In this document: positions 27,471 to 44,661 of the stretch, piece after piece
How the letters are laid out: each line of letters opens with the position of its first letter
Position numbering within the stretch: position 1 is the first letter of the stretch
Assembly: GCA_964016885.1 (NCBI GenBank)
Contig: OZ024749.1
Location: forward strand, 55,862,001 to 55,926,000
DNA length: 64,000 nt
From: Eledone cirrhosa
Lineage: Eukaryota
Direction: 5' to 3'
Program-made: the position numbers and the translations under genes
Notes under the pieces: generated by a model
What the model was told of the DNA's origin: nothing
Databases searched by the model: none
Seen by the model: the letters and a program-made list of their open reading frames with translations, nothing else

Positions 27471-27554
27471 GTCTGACATAGCGCTAAACAATACCACCAC
27501 CAACATCAACAATAACAACAACAATAACAACAACAATCAACAGCGAGATAATTA

Positions 27555-27762
27555 TTTCTACTATAGGCACAAGGGCAGCAACCCATGGGAGGAGAAATTC
27601 GATTAAGTCGACTCCAGTGTATTACTGGTACTTTATTTTATCGAACCCGTAATGATGAAATGTAAAGCTAACCTCGGCGGGATTTGAACTCAGAACGTAA
27701 AGGGCTGTAACAATAAACTGCAAAGCATATTGTCCGACACTCTACCCATTCTGCCATTCCAC
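27555..27762 (-). mobile_element. SINE, long-tail form
   Basis: Full head, core and tail. Confidence 0.9.
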
Positions 27763-28097
27763 AACGAGAAAATCATGTCATATATGGCGGATTAAGAGAG
27801 GTTGAGTAAATGAATTGTTACTCCCTCTGTCGTCTATACACTTCTATATAAAGCAACTTTATTCTACATCTTTCTGTCACTCAGACTCTTCCATCATATC
27901 TTCCACACCGCTATTACTGTATAATATTGATTGCACTAATTTTTGATCATTTGAAGATTATTTTCTTAATAGCGGATTAATTCTCTCCATGGAAGGTGTT
28001 CAACGTCATTACACGTCAATTTACAACGACTAAATAAAGCATCAATCAACAATTGCTTAGATCTAATGGCAATAAATGTATTATTCGACCATAAAAC

Positions 28098-28300
28098 AGC
28101 GGAGGGTTGGTAGAATCGTTAGAGCATCGAGTATAAGGCTTAGTGGTTTTGGTAGTATTCTTTGCTGTTCTTTACATCCTGAGTTTTCAAATGAGGCTCA
28201 AGTCAACGTTGCATTTAATCCCTCCGGGGGTGGACAAAAGAAAGTACCAGTCATATATTTGTGTCAATATAATCAACTTCCTTGTTCCTCAAACTGCAGG
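28098..28300 (+). mobile_element. Old diverged SINE
   Basis: GCGGAGGGTTGGTAGAATCGTTAGAGCATCG head and AAAGTACCAGTC core. Confidence 0.65.
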
Positions 28301-28402
28301 CCTGTGTCATCTCCGTTTTTTAAGACAACGTGTAACTTGAAAGTGATTTCTCTGATATTTTTAGCAGTTCGAGTGACAATACAGAAGCTTAATTTATATA
28401 AC

Positions 28403-28587
28403 TGTTTCTACATTTTGGCATGAGGCCAGCAATTATCTCAGTGTATTACTGGTACTTTATTTTAACGACCCCGTAAGGACGAAAGGCAAAGTTAACCTCG
28501 GCGGGATTTGAACTCAGACCATAAAGGGCCGTAACTCTATGCTGCTAAGCATGGTGTCAGACCCTCTACCGATACTGCCAATCCACC
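28403..28587 (-). mobile_element. SINE, short-tail form
   Basis: Full head, core and tail. Confidence 0.9.
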
Positions 28588-28897
28588 AATAACAATATTT
28601 GAAATGTATTCACAAATTTAAGTAAATATGTAAGTCATAGTATTTCATATATTGTGCCACATTTTCACGTTGCCTTTTGATGGCGCACACACAAAATTTT
28701 GTATATACATATGTATTTATGTATATATGATTTGGTTTACCACATTAGGAGGGTGGGTCGTGGATTGATTTATTAGGAGATATGACTATAGTTTGGCGTT
28801 CGATTTAGTGTGTTTGTTCAGTGTTGTGTGGACTGATTGGACCAATAACAGTCTTATGTACGTATACATACACACGATTATAGACACAGACACCCAT

Positions 28898-28943
<46 letters not shown>

Positions 28944-29297
28944 GAACACACACACACACACATACAGACACATATACCTATATATAATGCGCTAGTGTTT
29001 AGCAGTTTCAAAGAAAGCATCAAATACCACCGACATACACAGTCGAACATGAGTAAACATAAAAGAAAGGTCATGAGGTTTAATTCATGATATTCAATCA
29101 AGAGAATAACACTCCACCAGTTGAGGAGAATACACTATTGAATACTAACACACTTTGTTAACTTCCTATTAACCATTTATCATATATAATATAATGAATA
29201 ATTTGAGTTCCCAAGACCCAAACAAGATTACCATCGATACATTATATATAACTGTAGATCACAGAATCTATGCCGTTATAGGATGTCATTATAATGG

Positions 29298-29560
29298 CTT
29301 TTATTTAGACACGAACCGAACAATTTTGGGGGAGAAAGGGAAGTCAATTAAATTGACTCCAGTGCATTACTGGTACTTTATGTTATCGATCCTGTAATGA
29401 TGAAAGGCAAAGCTAACTTTGGCCTTTTTGCTCAAATCAAAACAATGTTCTTATACATGTTTCTGATTTAAACATAAAGTCAACAATTTTCTGGGAGGTG
29501 AAATTCGATTAAATTGATCCCAGTGCGTTGCTGGTACCTTATTTTATTAACCCCGTAGAG
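29298..29560 (-). mobile_element. Two 5'-truncated long-tail SINE fragments
   Basis: Core and tail at about 29298-29425 and 29459-29560. Confidence 0.75.
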
Positions 29561-29645
29561 AGTTAGTAAAAATAAAAAAAAACTCCTTTGTGTACGGAAT
29601 TTTAAAACCTCGTCTATGGAGAGATTTCACAATATATATCCCATC

Positions 29646-29818
29646 TACAAGGGTCGTCTGAAAGTTCATATGTTGACCAAGATACTCTCATGAAATGCCC
29701 AAATGAGGTTTATATTTCAACATAGTCTTTGGAAAGAAACAATGCAGTTATTAATACGAAGAAATGAAATTAGTGCATGCAAGATTTCACACCTCTAACA
29801 TCACTCATTCACAGTCAG
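29646..29818 (+). mobile_element. Mariner-like transposon end plus about 90 bp shared extension
   Basis: TACAAGGGTCGTCTGAAAGTTCATA resembles mariner TIRs; the block aligns with 42750-43095 and 43165-43343. Confidence 0.6.
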
Positions 29819-30669
29819 CTTGTGGAGGCATCCACTGTTTCCGTGAAAATATTCCGTGCATTTGTTTGTGCCTGTTTCGTACACTGAGGCGGTATATGTC
29901 TTGTTATATATTTATGTCTTAGTATGAGGTCAACTTATGGAGGGATTTGGTGTTAAAGCTATGTTGAATTGTAAATCAGTTTCATAATCTTTGTCTGTCA
30001 CGTTAAATATCTCGAAAATAGCTGGTATAAATAATGTGGTTATGTTTAGGATCAACTGTTTGTTTTTCACATTTATTTTCCCAAAGTTACCTTAGCGAAT
30101 TGTCTGCTATCATCAACTCCCAATTTGTCTGACGTACATTTTGTCATTTGTTGTTTTGTGGTTTCATGTTGAGTAGATTGGGTTCATTTTTGGTGTTTGT
30201 GTAAAACATTCTAACTATAAGTTTGTGGTTTGGTGTGGTACATGCGTTTTGGTTTATGAGATATTTAATGACATATGGAACTACTCTGTAACCAGCATAT
30301 ATTTCCGTCTCATAGTTTATATGTTTTGGTTTGTGCCTTTTGTACGTGTCAGCTGTTGTATCAGTGAAGGAAAATTATTGTGTGGACTGATCTACTAACC
30401 AGTAATCAGATGTTGAAAAACCTGCTAGTAATATTGTGATCCGTTGCTAACTACTGCAAGGTGTACGGTGCACCAGGAAATTATTGTTGGGAATTTATGC
30501 TGGTAATCGGTCGGGGGAAGTTTTGAAATGTTAATGGGTTAATGGATCTAAATGCTATTTTTCCAAACCTAGTATAAAGGACAAATAGAGGAATATAAAA
30601 ATATATATTAAAAAGGAAATGGCTCAGCTTCATTATGGAAAGCTGATCCATATTTACACAAACACACAC

Positions 30670-35090
<4,421 letters not shown>

Positions 35091-35699
35091 TACTATAAGT
35101 CTCACATTAATGAGAGTTACTCTTGCTTTAGAAATATCTACAATTGATGACAATATTGTGCGGTATGGTTGTTGAATGTGAAATGAGGACACCGGCTCAT
35201 TATTGCTAATAGCCTTTGCTTGAAGATGACTGGGTGGTGATATTAGAACTGAACTGTCTAAAGATATGAACTTTGGGTTTAAAACGAAAGATAGCTTAAA
35301 CATCCACTAATCACTTAATCTCTTTGCCGATGTATGAACATGGTGAAAATGGACAGTCACTAAATTCCCATTAGCTAAAATTTGTACGCGAATAATCCTA
35401 TATACACAAGAAGAAGCACGCATTGTTTTGTGTATATGTGAAGAATTCGAAATTCTATTAATATAAATATGTATATAAAATAATTGTGTTCTATTGTAGT
35501 TCTATGCATGTGTATGAATATGTATGTGAATATTTGTATATACATGATGTGTGCGCACAGCAATATGAATATATTCAGAAGTTTATATATATACACATAA
35601 ATAAAAGTACATGTGTGTCCGTCGATTTCGGCGATGGCTATGTAATTAGTTGTTTGAACTAAAAATACATCGATTTTGCACGTAAGTAGCAATGGTTGC

Positions 35700-35885
35700 G
35701 AATTGGTCGCATGGTTGCGAATTGGTAAAGTTGTTAGAACGTCGGATAGAATGCTTTGCGGTATTTGTATCGGCTCTCTCATCTCTGAGTTCAAATCCCG
35801 CCCAGGTCAACTTTGCTTTACATATATAGATATAGACATACAAATTGCTGATCTTATCCCCTGCAAAATTTGAACTCAGAACACT
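35700..35885 (+). mobile_element. Diverged SINE
   Basis: GTTAGAACGTCGGATAGAATGC head and GAGTTCAAATCCCGCC B box. Confidence 0.75.
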
Positions 35886-36359
35886 AAGAATCAATTGATG
35901 GGGTATATAGGGGGAGCTGCGATTTAATCACTATACATTTGGCCTCTTCAAATTAGCCGTTTGTCTGTGTGTGTGTGTGAGAGAGAAAGAGAGAAATGGT
36001 CCCCCAATACTTGACTGGTAATTTATTAGTCGTCTCTGGGGGATGAGAAGCAAAGTCGATTTAGCAGAATTCGAACTTTGAACTCAGAGAACACAAAGGT
36101 GGAACAATTGGTGCTAAAAATTCCTATTACTTTTTCTATGGGACAGCTGAACATGTTATATCAAATACTTAACTTTTAAGGCTCTACTGTCTAATTTATT
36201 TATGTAGTTGATAAGATAAGGGTGTTAGGGATCTCAGATGTAGTTTATTATTATCTTTTTCTCAAATTCGGTTTATGTCTTAGTCGATGAAAAACAGGAA
36301 TAAATAAGGATACACGGGATACCGCAGAAGGACCAAAGTCTCAAAATATCGGGGTATCA

Positions 36360-36540
36360 TCACAATGAGGAGCCTGTACTAATAGTCGCACAAGAGGCTG
36401 TGCGACTATTAGATCAGAGCTGTATTCAGATCCGACCGGACCTCAAACGTCGGTTCCTTTTCATATTACCCACTCTACTACCCCAAGTTTCGAGTACTCT
36501 GGTGGGTTATGGTATAGCTGGTTTTTACCACCCCTATCTG
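36360..36540 (+). mobile_element. Diverged family X copy with a 14-bp hairpin upstream
   Basis: TTTTCATATTACCCACTCTACTACCC...ACTCTGGTGGGTTATGGT matches 1943-1999. Confidence 0.65.
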
Positions 36541-36557
36541 ATATACATATATATAAT

Positions 36558-36733
36558 TGTTTCTACTTTTGGCACAAGGCCAGCAATTATCCCATTGTAT
36601 TACTGGTACTTTATTTTATCGACCCCGTAAGGATGAAATGCAAAGTTGACCTCGGCGGGATTTGAACTCAGACCATTAAGAGCCGTAACTCTTAGCGACC
36701 GAGCCTCAACCGATACTGCCAATCCACTGCCTA
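36558..36733 (-). mobile_element. SINE, short-tail form
   Basis: Core, B box and tail. Confidence 0.9.
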
Positions 36734-36871
36734 ATATATATATATAATAACTGATAGTTATCTCTAGCTGACCAACACAGGAGATAATCATACGTTACTC
36801 CACACAAGGAAGTCTGCATCACATTCTAAATGCAGCCCATGTAACAAATAGAATGTTGTTTCCACGCACTA

Positions 36872-36950
36872 TGATATATATATATATATATATATGTGTA
36901 TATATATATATGTGTATATATATATGTGTATATATATATATGTGTATATA

Positions 36951-37021
<71 letters not shown>

Positions 37022-37124
37022 ATATATATTTATATATATGTATGTGCATATATATATATGTGTATATATATAGGTGTATATATTTATATATATATATATG
37101 TGTATATATATAGGTGTATATATT

Positions 37125-37155
<31 letters not shown>

Positions 37156-37225
37156 TTATATATTTATATTTATATATATATATTTATATATATTTATATA
37201 TAGAGATATATACATATGTATATAA

Positions 37226-37261
<36 letters not shown>

Positions 37262-37269
37262 GTATATAA

Positions 37270-37305
<36 letters not shown>

Positions 37306-37349
37306 GTATATAAATATGTATATATATATATATATACATATGTATATAA

Positions 37350-37385
<36 letters not shown>

Positions 37386-37415
37386 GTATATATATATATA
37401 TACATATGTATATAA

Positions 37416-37455
<40 letters not shown>

Positions 37456-37561
37456 GTATATAAATATATATATATATATATATACATATGTATATAAATA
37501 TATATATATATATATACATATGTATATAAATATATATATATATATATACATATGTATATAA

Positions 37562-37609
<48 letters not shown>

Positions 37610-37966
37610 GTATATAAATATATATATATACATATGTATATAAATATGTATATATATACATATGTATATAAATATGTATATATATATATATATATATATA
37701 CATATAGATATAAATATGTATGTGTATATTTAAGTGTATACATAATGTAATATGATATAATACAATACAAGAGATATATCATATGTATATATGTGTATAT
37801 ATTTGGTTGTAATACCTCAGTCGACAGCATCTTCCAACTCTGTGAATCAACCTCTACCCTCCTTACAACGGTATTAATATGGCTGTCTTTATGATGAATG
37901 ACTTACGTGCTTCTTCATTAACTTTTATATATATACGTATATATATATCCATACGCATATATACAA

Positions 37967-37997
<31 letters not shown>

Positions 37998-38198
37998 CAT
38001 ATATATATACAAATATATATGCATATATTTATACAAATATATATATACATATTTATGTATGTATATATACAAATATATATGAATATATATATATATATAT
38101 ATAGATATATTTATAGATATATATATTTGTACATGTATGTATATATATATATATTTATATATTTATACATGTATTTAGATACATACGCACACACACAG

Positions 38199-38230
<32 letters not shown>

Positions 38231-38270
38231 GTCTGTGTGTGTGTGTTTATGTATGTGTATTTGTGTCTGA
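36872..38270. repeat. (TA)n-rich arrays with CATATG/TAAA variants
   Basis: Directly visible; a short complex stretch at about 37800-37925. Confidence 0.9.
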
Positions 38271-38588
38271 GTTTCTTATCACCCAATATGAATCTCTATT
38301 ATCCTCTCGAACGTCGCCCTACGACCTTCAGCAGTAGCACTACCACCACCACCACATCAATATCGCCATCTTAAACATTACATTAGTATACTACCATAAC
38401 CAACAACAATTCAAGACATGGGTTACGAGCTCTAATCATCTCTAAGAATCTAAAACAATGTCTTAAATATACGGAAAAATACGACAGGCCGGGCATGGTT
38501 GGAATATCTTTGATCTCTAGCCTGATCAATCATTGATCTGGTTCTAAACAGCAACTGATACAAATTAATAAATGTCGATAGAAATAAT

Positions 38589-38795
38589 GGTTTCTCATCT
38601 AGACACAAGACCCACAATTTTGAATGGAAGGGGAAAATCGATTAAATCGTCACCATTGCGTAGGTGGTACATTATTTTATCGATCCCGTAGCAATAAATG
38701 GTAAAGCGGGATTTGATCTCTGAACATAAAGGGGCATAATTCTATCGCCGCCAAGCATATTGTCCGATGCGCCACCGATTCTGGCAATTCACTGT
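38589..38795 (-). mobile_element. SINE, long-tail form, diverged
   Basis: GGGGAAAATCGATTAAATCG tail segment plus core. Confidence 0.8.
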
Positions 38796-38916
38796 GACCT
38801 TAAGAGAATTAATATTAACACAACTATCAATAACAAGTAATATATATATATATATATATATACACATACATATACATCATATAACCATTTAATAGCGGAG
38901 ATTACTAAAATAGTTC

Positions 38917-39078
<162 letters not shown>

Positions 39079-39384
39079 CACTAGGCGTGCACACACACAT
39101 GCATATAAATGTAGATATATGTAGATATACATAAATTCTCACACATGTGAGTGTGTAGGTGTTTGTGTAGGTTAGTTGAAGCAGACATAAAATGTCGTTG
39201 TCAGATCTTTTTACGCCAAAGCTATTATTCGATCGCATTTCTGTCCGTCAGATAATTTATTACATATATGAAAGTGTTAGCGGTCGTGCCAGTGAATAAA
39301 TATATTACACTCGGTAACCTGTGGAGAAGAGATACGCCCACAGCTAATAATATCATAGCTACTATAGTAGACCATCTTACCAGT

Positions 39385-39520
39385 AACAACAGTGACAATA
39401 ACAGCAACAGCAATGGTGACAACAACAATAGCAGCAGCATTGAGAAGAGCAACAACAGTGACAATAACAGCAACAGCAATGGTGACAACAACAATAGCAG
39501 CAGCATTGAGAAGAGCAACA
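39385..39520. repeat. 66-bp tandem duplication in an (AAC/AGC)n tract
   Basis: AACAGTGACAATAACAGC...ATTGAGAAGAGC occurs twice. Confidence 0.9.
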
Positions 39521-39691
39521 AAAACAGCAGCAGTGAAAACAACAGCATCAACAACATCAGTAGTGACAACAACGATAGCTGCAGCAAAATGAACATCGCA
39601 ACCATCGCCACAAGCTCTACCAATAGTTACAACAACAACAACAGCAGCAACAAAAACAACAGTAACACGACCACCGTCAACAGCATTACCA

Positions 39692-39693
39692 TA

Positions 39694-39734
<41 letters not shown>

Positions 39735-39786
39735 ATATATATATATATATTATAATATAATATATATATATATATATATAATATAT

Positions 39787-39833
<47 letters not shown>

Positions 39834-40125
39834 ATATATATATATATTATATATATTATATAATATATATATATATATTATATATATAATATATATATAT
39901 ATATTATATATATAATATATATATATATATTATATAATATATATATATATATTATATATATATAATATATATATATATATATTATATATATATAATATAT
40001 ATATATATATATTATATATATATAATATATATATATATTATATATATAATATATATATATATTATATATTATATATATAATATATATTATATATATAATA
40101 ATATATATATATATTAATATTATAT

Positions 40126-40174
<49 letters not shown>

Positions 40175-40210
40175 ATATATATATATATATATAATATATA
40201 TTATATATAT
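39692..40210. repeat. Almost pure A/T array, (TA)n with TT/AA slips
   Basis: Directly visible. Confidence 0.95.
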
Positions 40211-40840
40211 TGTTATACTTTGGGAGGGTCATGTTGCCAATAAGAAACACACGCACCAGTTGCTTTCACTTCAATTTATTATATATTTATAAATATATAA
40301 ATTTACAAATCTACAAACTTATAAATTTCTGGTTGGTTGGTTGGTTCCACAACCAGATAGTTGTTTATATATAGTCATAGTCCTTTCGTCACACACTCTG
40401 TGACCTCTTCAGTGACTGGGGATTCCTTTCTTTGTTTCTGTGCCTTTCCTTTCTTCTATCCTACGCCATTTTGTTTCTGTGTGTGGTGTTGTGTGCTCAG
40501 TTTGCGCATGCGCCACATCCGGGTGTCTGTGTGTGTTTGTGTTCATTTATCTATTTGTTTATTTATTTATTTATTTATTGTTGGTTGGTTGTTTGTTCTA
40601 TGTGTGTGTGTGTTTTCATTTTGTCCCTTAATTGTAAGTTGTGATGTTGCTGTTCCACTCATATTTTCTATTTAATTTTGGTTGTAATTCTTTTATGCTT
40701 ACTGCCTCTGTAATTTGCCTAAACATTGCATCTTTTCTGTGTGTGGATTCTATTTTTATTTCTATGTTCTCTAATTTACCCTTATGTTCTATTTTAGCAT
40801 GTTGGTAGAGTACAGATGATTCTTTACTATCTTGAAGGAT
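40211..40840 (-). mobile_element. About 630-bp HHR-bearing element (Penelope-like pseudo-LTR or retrozyme-like)
   Basis: Complex island between two A/T arrays; HHR at 40373-40417, minus-strand AATAAA at 40275-40280, 3' end shared with 22632 and 44655. Confidence 0.65.
40373..40417 (-). ncRNA. Minimal type I hammerhead ribozyme
   Basis: AGUCA-CUGAAGA-G-GUCAC-agagugu-GUGAC-GAAA-GGA-CUA/UGACU. Confidence 0.75.
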
Positions 40841-41185
40841 ATATATATAATATATATATTATATATTATATATATTATATATATATTATATATATTATAT
40901 ATTATATATATATTATATATATTATATATTATATATATATTATATATATATTATATATTATATATATATATATATATATATTATATATTATATATATATT
41001 ATATATATATTATATATATATTATATATTATATTATATATTATATATTATATTATATATTATATATATATTATATATTATATATATATTATATATATATT
41101 ATATATATATTATATATATATTATATATTATATATTATATTATATATTATATATATATTATATATGTATTATATATATATATAAA
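40841..41185. repeat. (TTATATA)n-like A/T array
   Basis: Directly visible. Confidence 0.95.
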
Positions 41186-41340
41186 TTAGAATTGGTGCTC
41201 TGAAATAGCGATGTATACATGAATGTATATATTTGGCAATACACTGTAGGCTTAATTAAAAACATTTTGAAAACCTTGCGCTATTATTTTAAAGTACTGA
41301 CTATGTCACTTACTTCTTTTTTTCAACAAACAAGGGAGAT

Positions 41341-41384
41341 AAGCTGACAGATCTGTTTCATACTGTTGGTAATCATCAGAGCCT
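41341..41384 (-). ncRNA. Minimal type I hammerhead ribozyme
   Basis: AGGCU-CUGAUGA-U-UAC-caaca-GUA-U-GAAA-CAGAUCU-GUC/AGCUU. Confidence 0.75.
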
Positions 41385-41469
41385 TTGCCTGTAGAAAATA
41401 ATAGATGTTGGATTCTTACAGAATTCCAGTAATAATCAGGTACTGATTATACAGAGCGATTATATATAT

Positions 41470-41698
41470 AGCAATAATAAATGTGAAGACTAAAATCCAA
41501 GGAGGGTTCGATAAGGATAAATATATATCAAATATATTAGAATCCAAGAGCAAATATTTATTAAAATAACAGATTAAAGTTTAAGCAAAGAATCGCTGCT
41601 TTCACCCTTAACGGGATCTTCTGAGTTTCAGAAGATCCCGTTAAGGGTGAAAGCAGCGATTCTTTGCTTAAACTTTAATCTGTTATTTTAATAAATAT
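41470..41698. mobile_element. Family Y fold-back element with perfect 71-bp inverted repeat
   Basis: Arms 41554-41624 and 41628-41698; left extension shared with the 47911 and 52684 copies; TA flanks. Confidence 0.85.
41624..41674 (+). ncRNA. Non-canonical hammerhead-like fold
   Basis: AGUUU-CAGAAGA-U-CCC-guuaa-GGG-U-GAAA-GCA-loop-UG-CUU/AAACU. Confidence 0.5.
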
Positions 41699-41699
41699 A

Positions 41700-41732
<33 letters not shown>

Positions 41733-42749
41733 ATGTGTGTGTGTGTGTGTATGTGTGTGTATATATGTATATATATATGTGTATATGTATATATATATAT
41801 GTGTATATGTATATATATATATGTGTATATGTATATGTATATATATGTATGTGTATATGTATATATATATATATATATAAAGATAGTTTTACGTTGCCTT
41901 GAGATCTGAAATCCTGACCCTGATGGGACCTATCATGTCATCCCTTCTGTCTTCTTTATATTAATCTTAGCAGAGTCCAGACCGCCGCATGTCTGACCAT
42001 CGACGAGCTCTTCAAAGGGAGAGAAACAAAACTGAAAGAAAAAATGTATCGAATTATTCCATGTGTATTTTATATTTTATAGCACAGTGTAGGAATCGAA
42101 CCCACGACATTATGATCGTAAGTTCAACACATCACTAATTTAACACACCACAATAAAGTTAGAAATATTGACATACGATAAAAATATTCATATAATGAGA
42201 AGTAAAGAAATACATCAATTGTCTTAGATCATTGGCTTATTTTCCTCCTTTGAAATTGCTTGTATTTATCAGCTAATAAACTGAACTGTCTTCTAACTTT
42301 TAACAGTTAAAATGGCGGAGAGTAGAAAGAAGATTGACAAGACAGAATCTGAAAACTTTGATGTAATAGTGGAAAGAGATTTTAATGAGCTCATTAAAAT
42401 TTACAAAAAAAGAACTTCCAGCATAAAATAATTGAAAATTAAAATATAACATGTTAGGCAAGTCTTTTGTGTATTAAGGATATGTCAAATATACCTTATC
42501 ATGTTTCATGAAGTTGTTTTCTAATCATCCCCTCACCACCCTCATCAAATCTTCCACGTGATAGAATTGTTGGTAATATGATATATTTACCAAAGAACAG
42601 TGGAGTGATAGAACGGATGTAGTCCCTGACAAAATGCCTGCCAGTATTCTATTACAGTTCTTTAAGCTCTGAGATCAAATTCTATGTTAGTCGAATTTGT
42701 CTTTCATTTCTCTATTAAATGAAGTAGCAGTCAACTACAGATGTTCGGA

Positions 42750-43095
42750 TCTGACCAATATACTCTCGTGGAATGACCAAATGATGTTTATTTTTCAACA
42801 TAGTCCCTGGAAAGAAACAATGCAGTTATTATTAATAAGAAGACAGCGGTGGATTGGCAGTATCGGTAGAGGGTTGGACGCCATGCTTTCCAGCATAGTT
42901 ACGTCCCTTTACGATCAGAGTTCAAATCCCGCCGAGGTTGACTTTGCCTTTCATCCTTACGGGGTCGATAAAATAAAGTACCAGTAATGCACTGGCAAAT
43001 TGCTGGCTTTGTGCCTAAAGTAGAAACAATTATTAATAAGATGACATGAAATTAATGCACACAAGATCTCACAGCTCTAGCATCACTCCTTAATA
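42750..43095 (+). mobile_element. Mariner-like end repeat interrupted by a SINE
   Basis: The two halves align with the uninterrupted copy at 43165-43343. Confidence 0.7.
42846..43029 (+). mobile_element. Full-length SINE, short-tail form, 17-bp TSD
   Basis: TTATTAATAAGA(A/T)GACA at 42829-42845 and 43030-43046. Confidence 0.92.
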
Positions 43096-43123
43096 GTAAG
43101 ACATTGAACATTTCCGCCGATTC

Positions 43124-43164
<41 letters not shown>

Positions 43165-43167
<3 letters not shown>

Positions 43168-43343
43168 GATGGTCAGCTGAAATGTTCATAGACTGACCAT
43201 GATACTCTCATGGAATGACCAAATGAAGTTTATTTTTCAACCGAGTCCCTCGAAAAAAAAACAATGCAGTTATTATTAATAAAAAGACAGGAAATTAATG
43301 CTTACAAGATTTCACAGCTCTATCATCACTCCTTCACAGTCAA
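43165..43343 (+). mobile_element. Mariner-like end repeat, uninterrupted
   Basis: CGATGGTCAGCTGAAATGTTCATAGACTGACC start, directly after (TA)n. Confidence 0.6.
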
Positions 43344-44377
43344 ACTATGAACACAACATCCCACCCTCGTATGCTTTAGAACCACCAACTAAACCGGATT
43401 TAAAATCTCATACAAAAATATCTTTATCTAAAACCTACACACGGAATTTGATACAATTGGTAACATTTATTGAAGTGAACATTAAAATGGCATTTTCATT
43501 AAAACAGACAACAAAAACTAGAAGAACAAAGACAGAAGCTGTTCGGCAAAGCAATGCATTCTTTCTATTTTATATGGCCTCAATACAGGACTGGAAAAAT
43601 ATACAAAACTTTATATCATACCGATACATCACGTATTCCTTTATCCAACTCTCTCAACTTTCTCTATTATATCAAACTACGTATATTTATATTATATGTA
43701 TATTTCGTTTTTTTTTTTTTTCAATTTATATTTGAAATGTTAGTACACCGCCATACGTTACAGACACGTTTCACAGACACACATACAAGCGCATATATAT
43801 ATACACATCCTCAGAAATGTGTACACATTTACACACACGGACATATATATATATATGCAAATATCTCCCCTCTCTCTTTACATATATATATATAGTGTGT
43901 TTGTATGTATGCGTATTATACCTATATATCTACACATATCTGTCTACATGTAGATATATGTACATAAAGGCATACACACACGCATACACACATACACATA
44001 TATGTAAGGTGGGGATGTGGCATATATGCCTACAAAATAATGAGATACGTTTCTCATTTGAAATATATTTTCGAAATGGAGTATATGTGTAAATGAAGAC
44101 GATAACGAGAAATAAAGTATTAAATACAGCATCAATCTATGACCTTTCAGGTCTTGTGAAGATGAAGAAATTGCTTTGTCGTTAAAGTTGGATATCAGTT
44201 ATGAGTACAAATCGAATATTTTTTTTTTGTAATTTTCTAGAAATTCTTCTACCCTCATTACATACATACATATATACATACATAATACATACATACATAT
44301 ATGAATAAACCTACATACACACATACATATATATATGTGTATGTATGTATGTATGTATGTATGTATGTAGGTTTCTT

Positions 44378-44408
<31 letters not shown>

Positions 44409-44590
44409 TTATTCATATATACGTGTGTGTACGTGTGTGTAAGAGTGTCTGTGCAAACAAAAGCAGGTCTGCGGTTCGTGAAATGAAATTTTAGAGAAAT
44501 ATTTTTGCTTCTTGCGAAGACTACTATGTGTTAACCTTTGTATAAAGCAAAACTATGCTCTCTTACAAGTAGTTATATTTATCTGTCTGC

Positions 44591-44654
<64 letters not shown>

Positions 44655-44661
<7 letters not shown>

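Noticed and set aside
29820-30600. Possible decayed retroelement ORF on the minus strand
   Set aside because: Composition is suggestive, but I could not identify any RT or endonuclease motif by eye.
40211-40814. Solo LTR (TGT...ACA ends, TATA, AATAAA)
   Set aside because: Sister copies begin CGTTATAC rather than TG, no TSD is visible, and the embedded HHR favours a PLE-type repeat. Not fully excluded.
42846-42935. tRNA gene (A and B boxes)
   Set aside because: No cloverleaf; continues into the SINE core and is multi-copy. The tRNA-like stretch at about 42080-42140 is likewise a probable SINE head.
43298-43735. 145-aa non-repeat ORF
   Set aside because: Starts inside a dispersed repeat, has no recognisable motif and ends in T-rich sequence.
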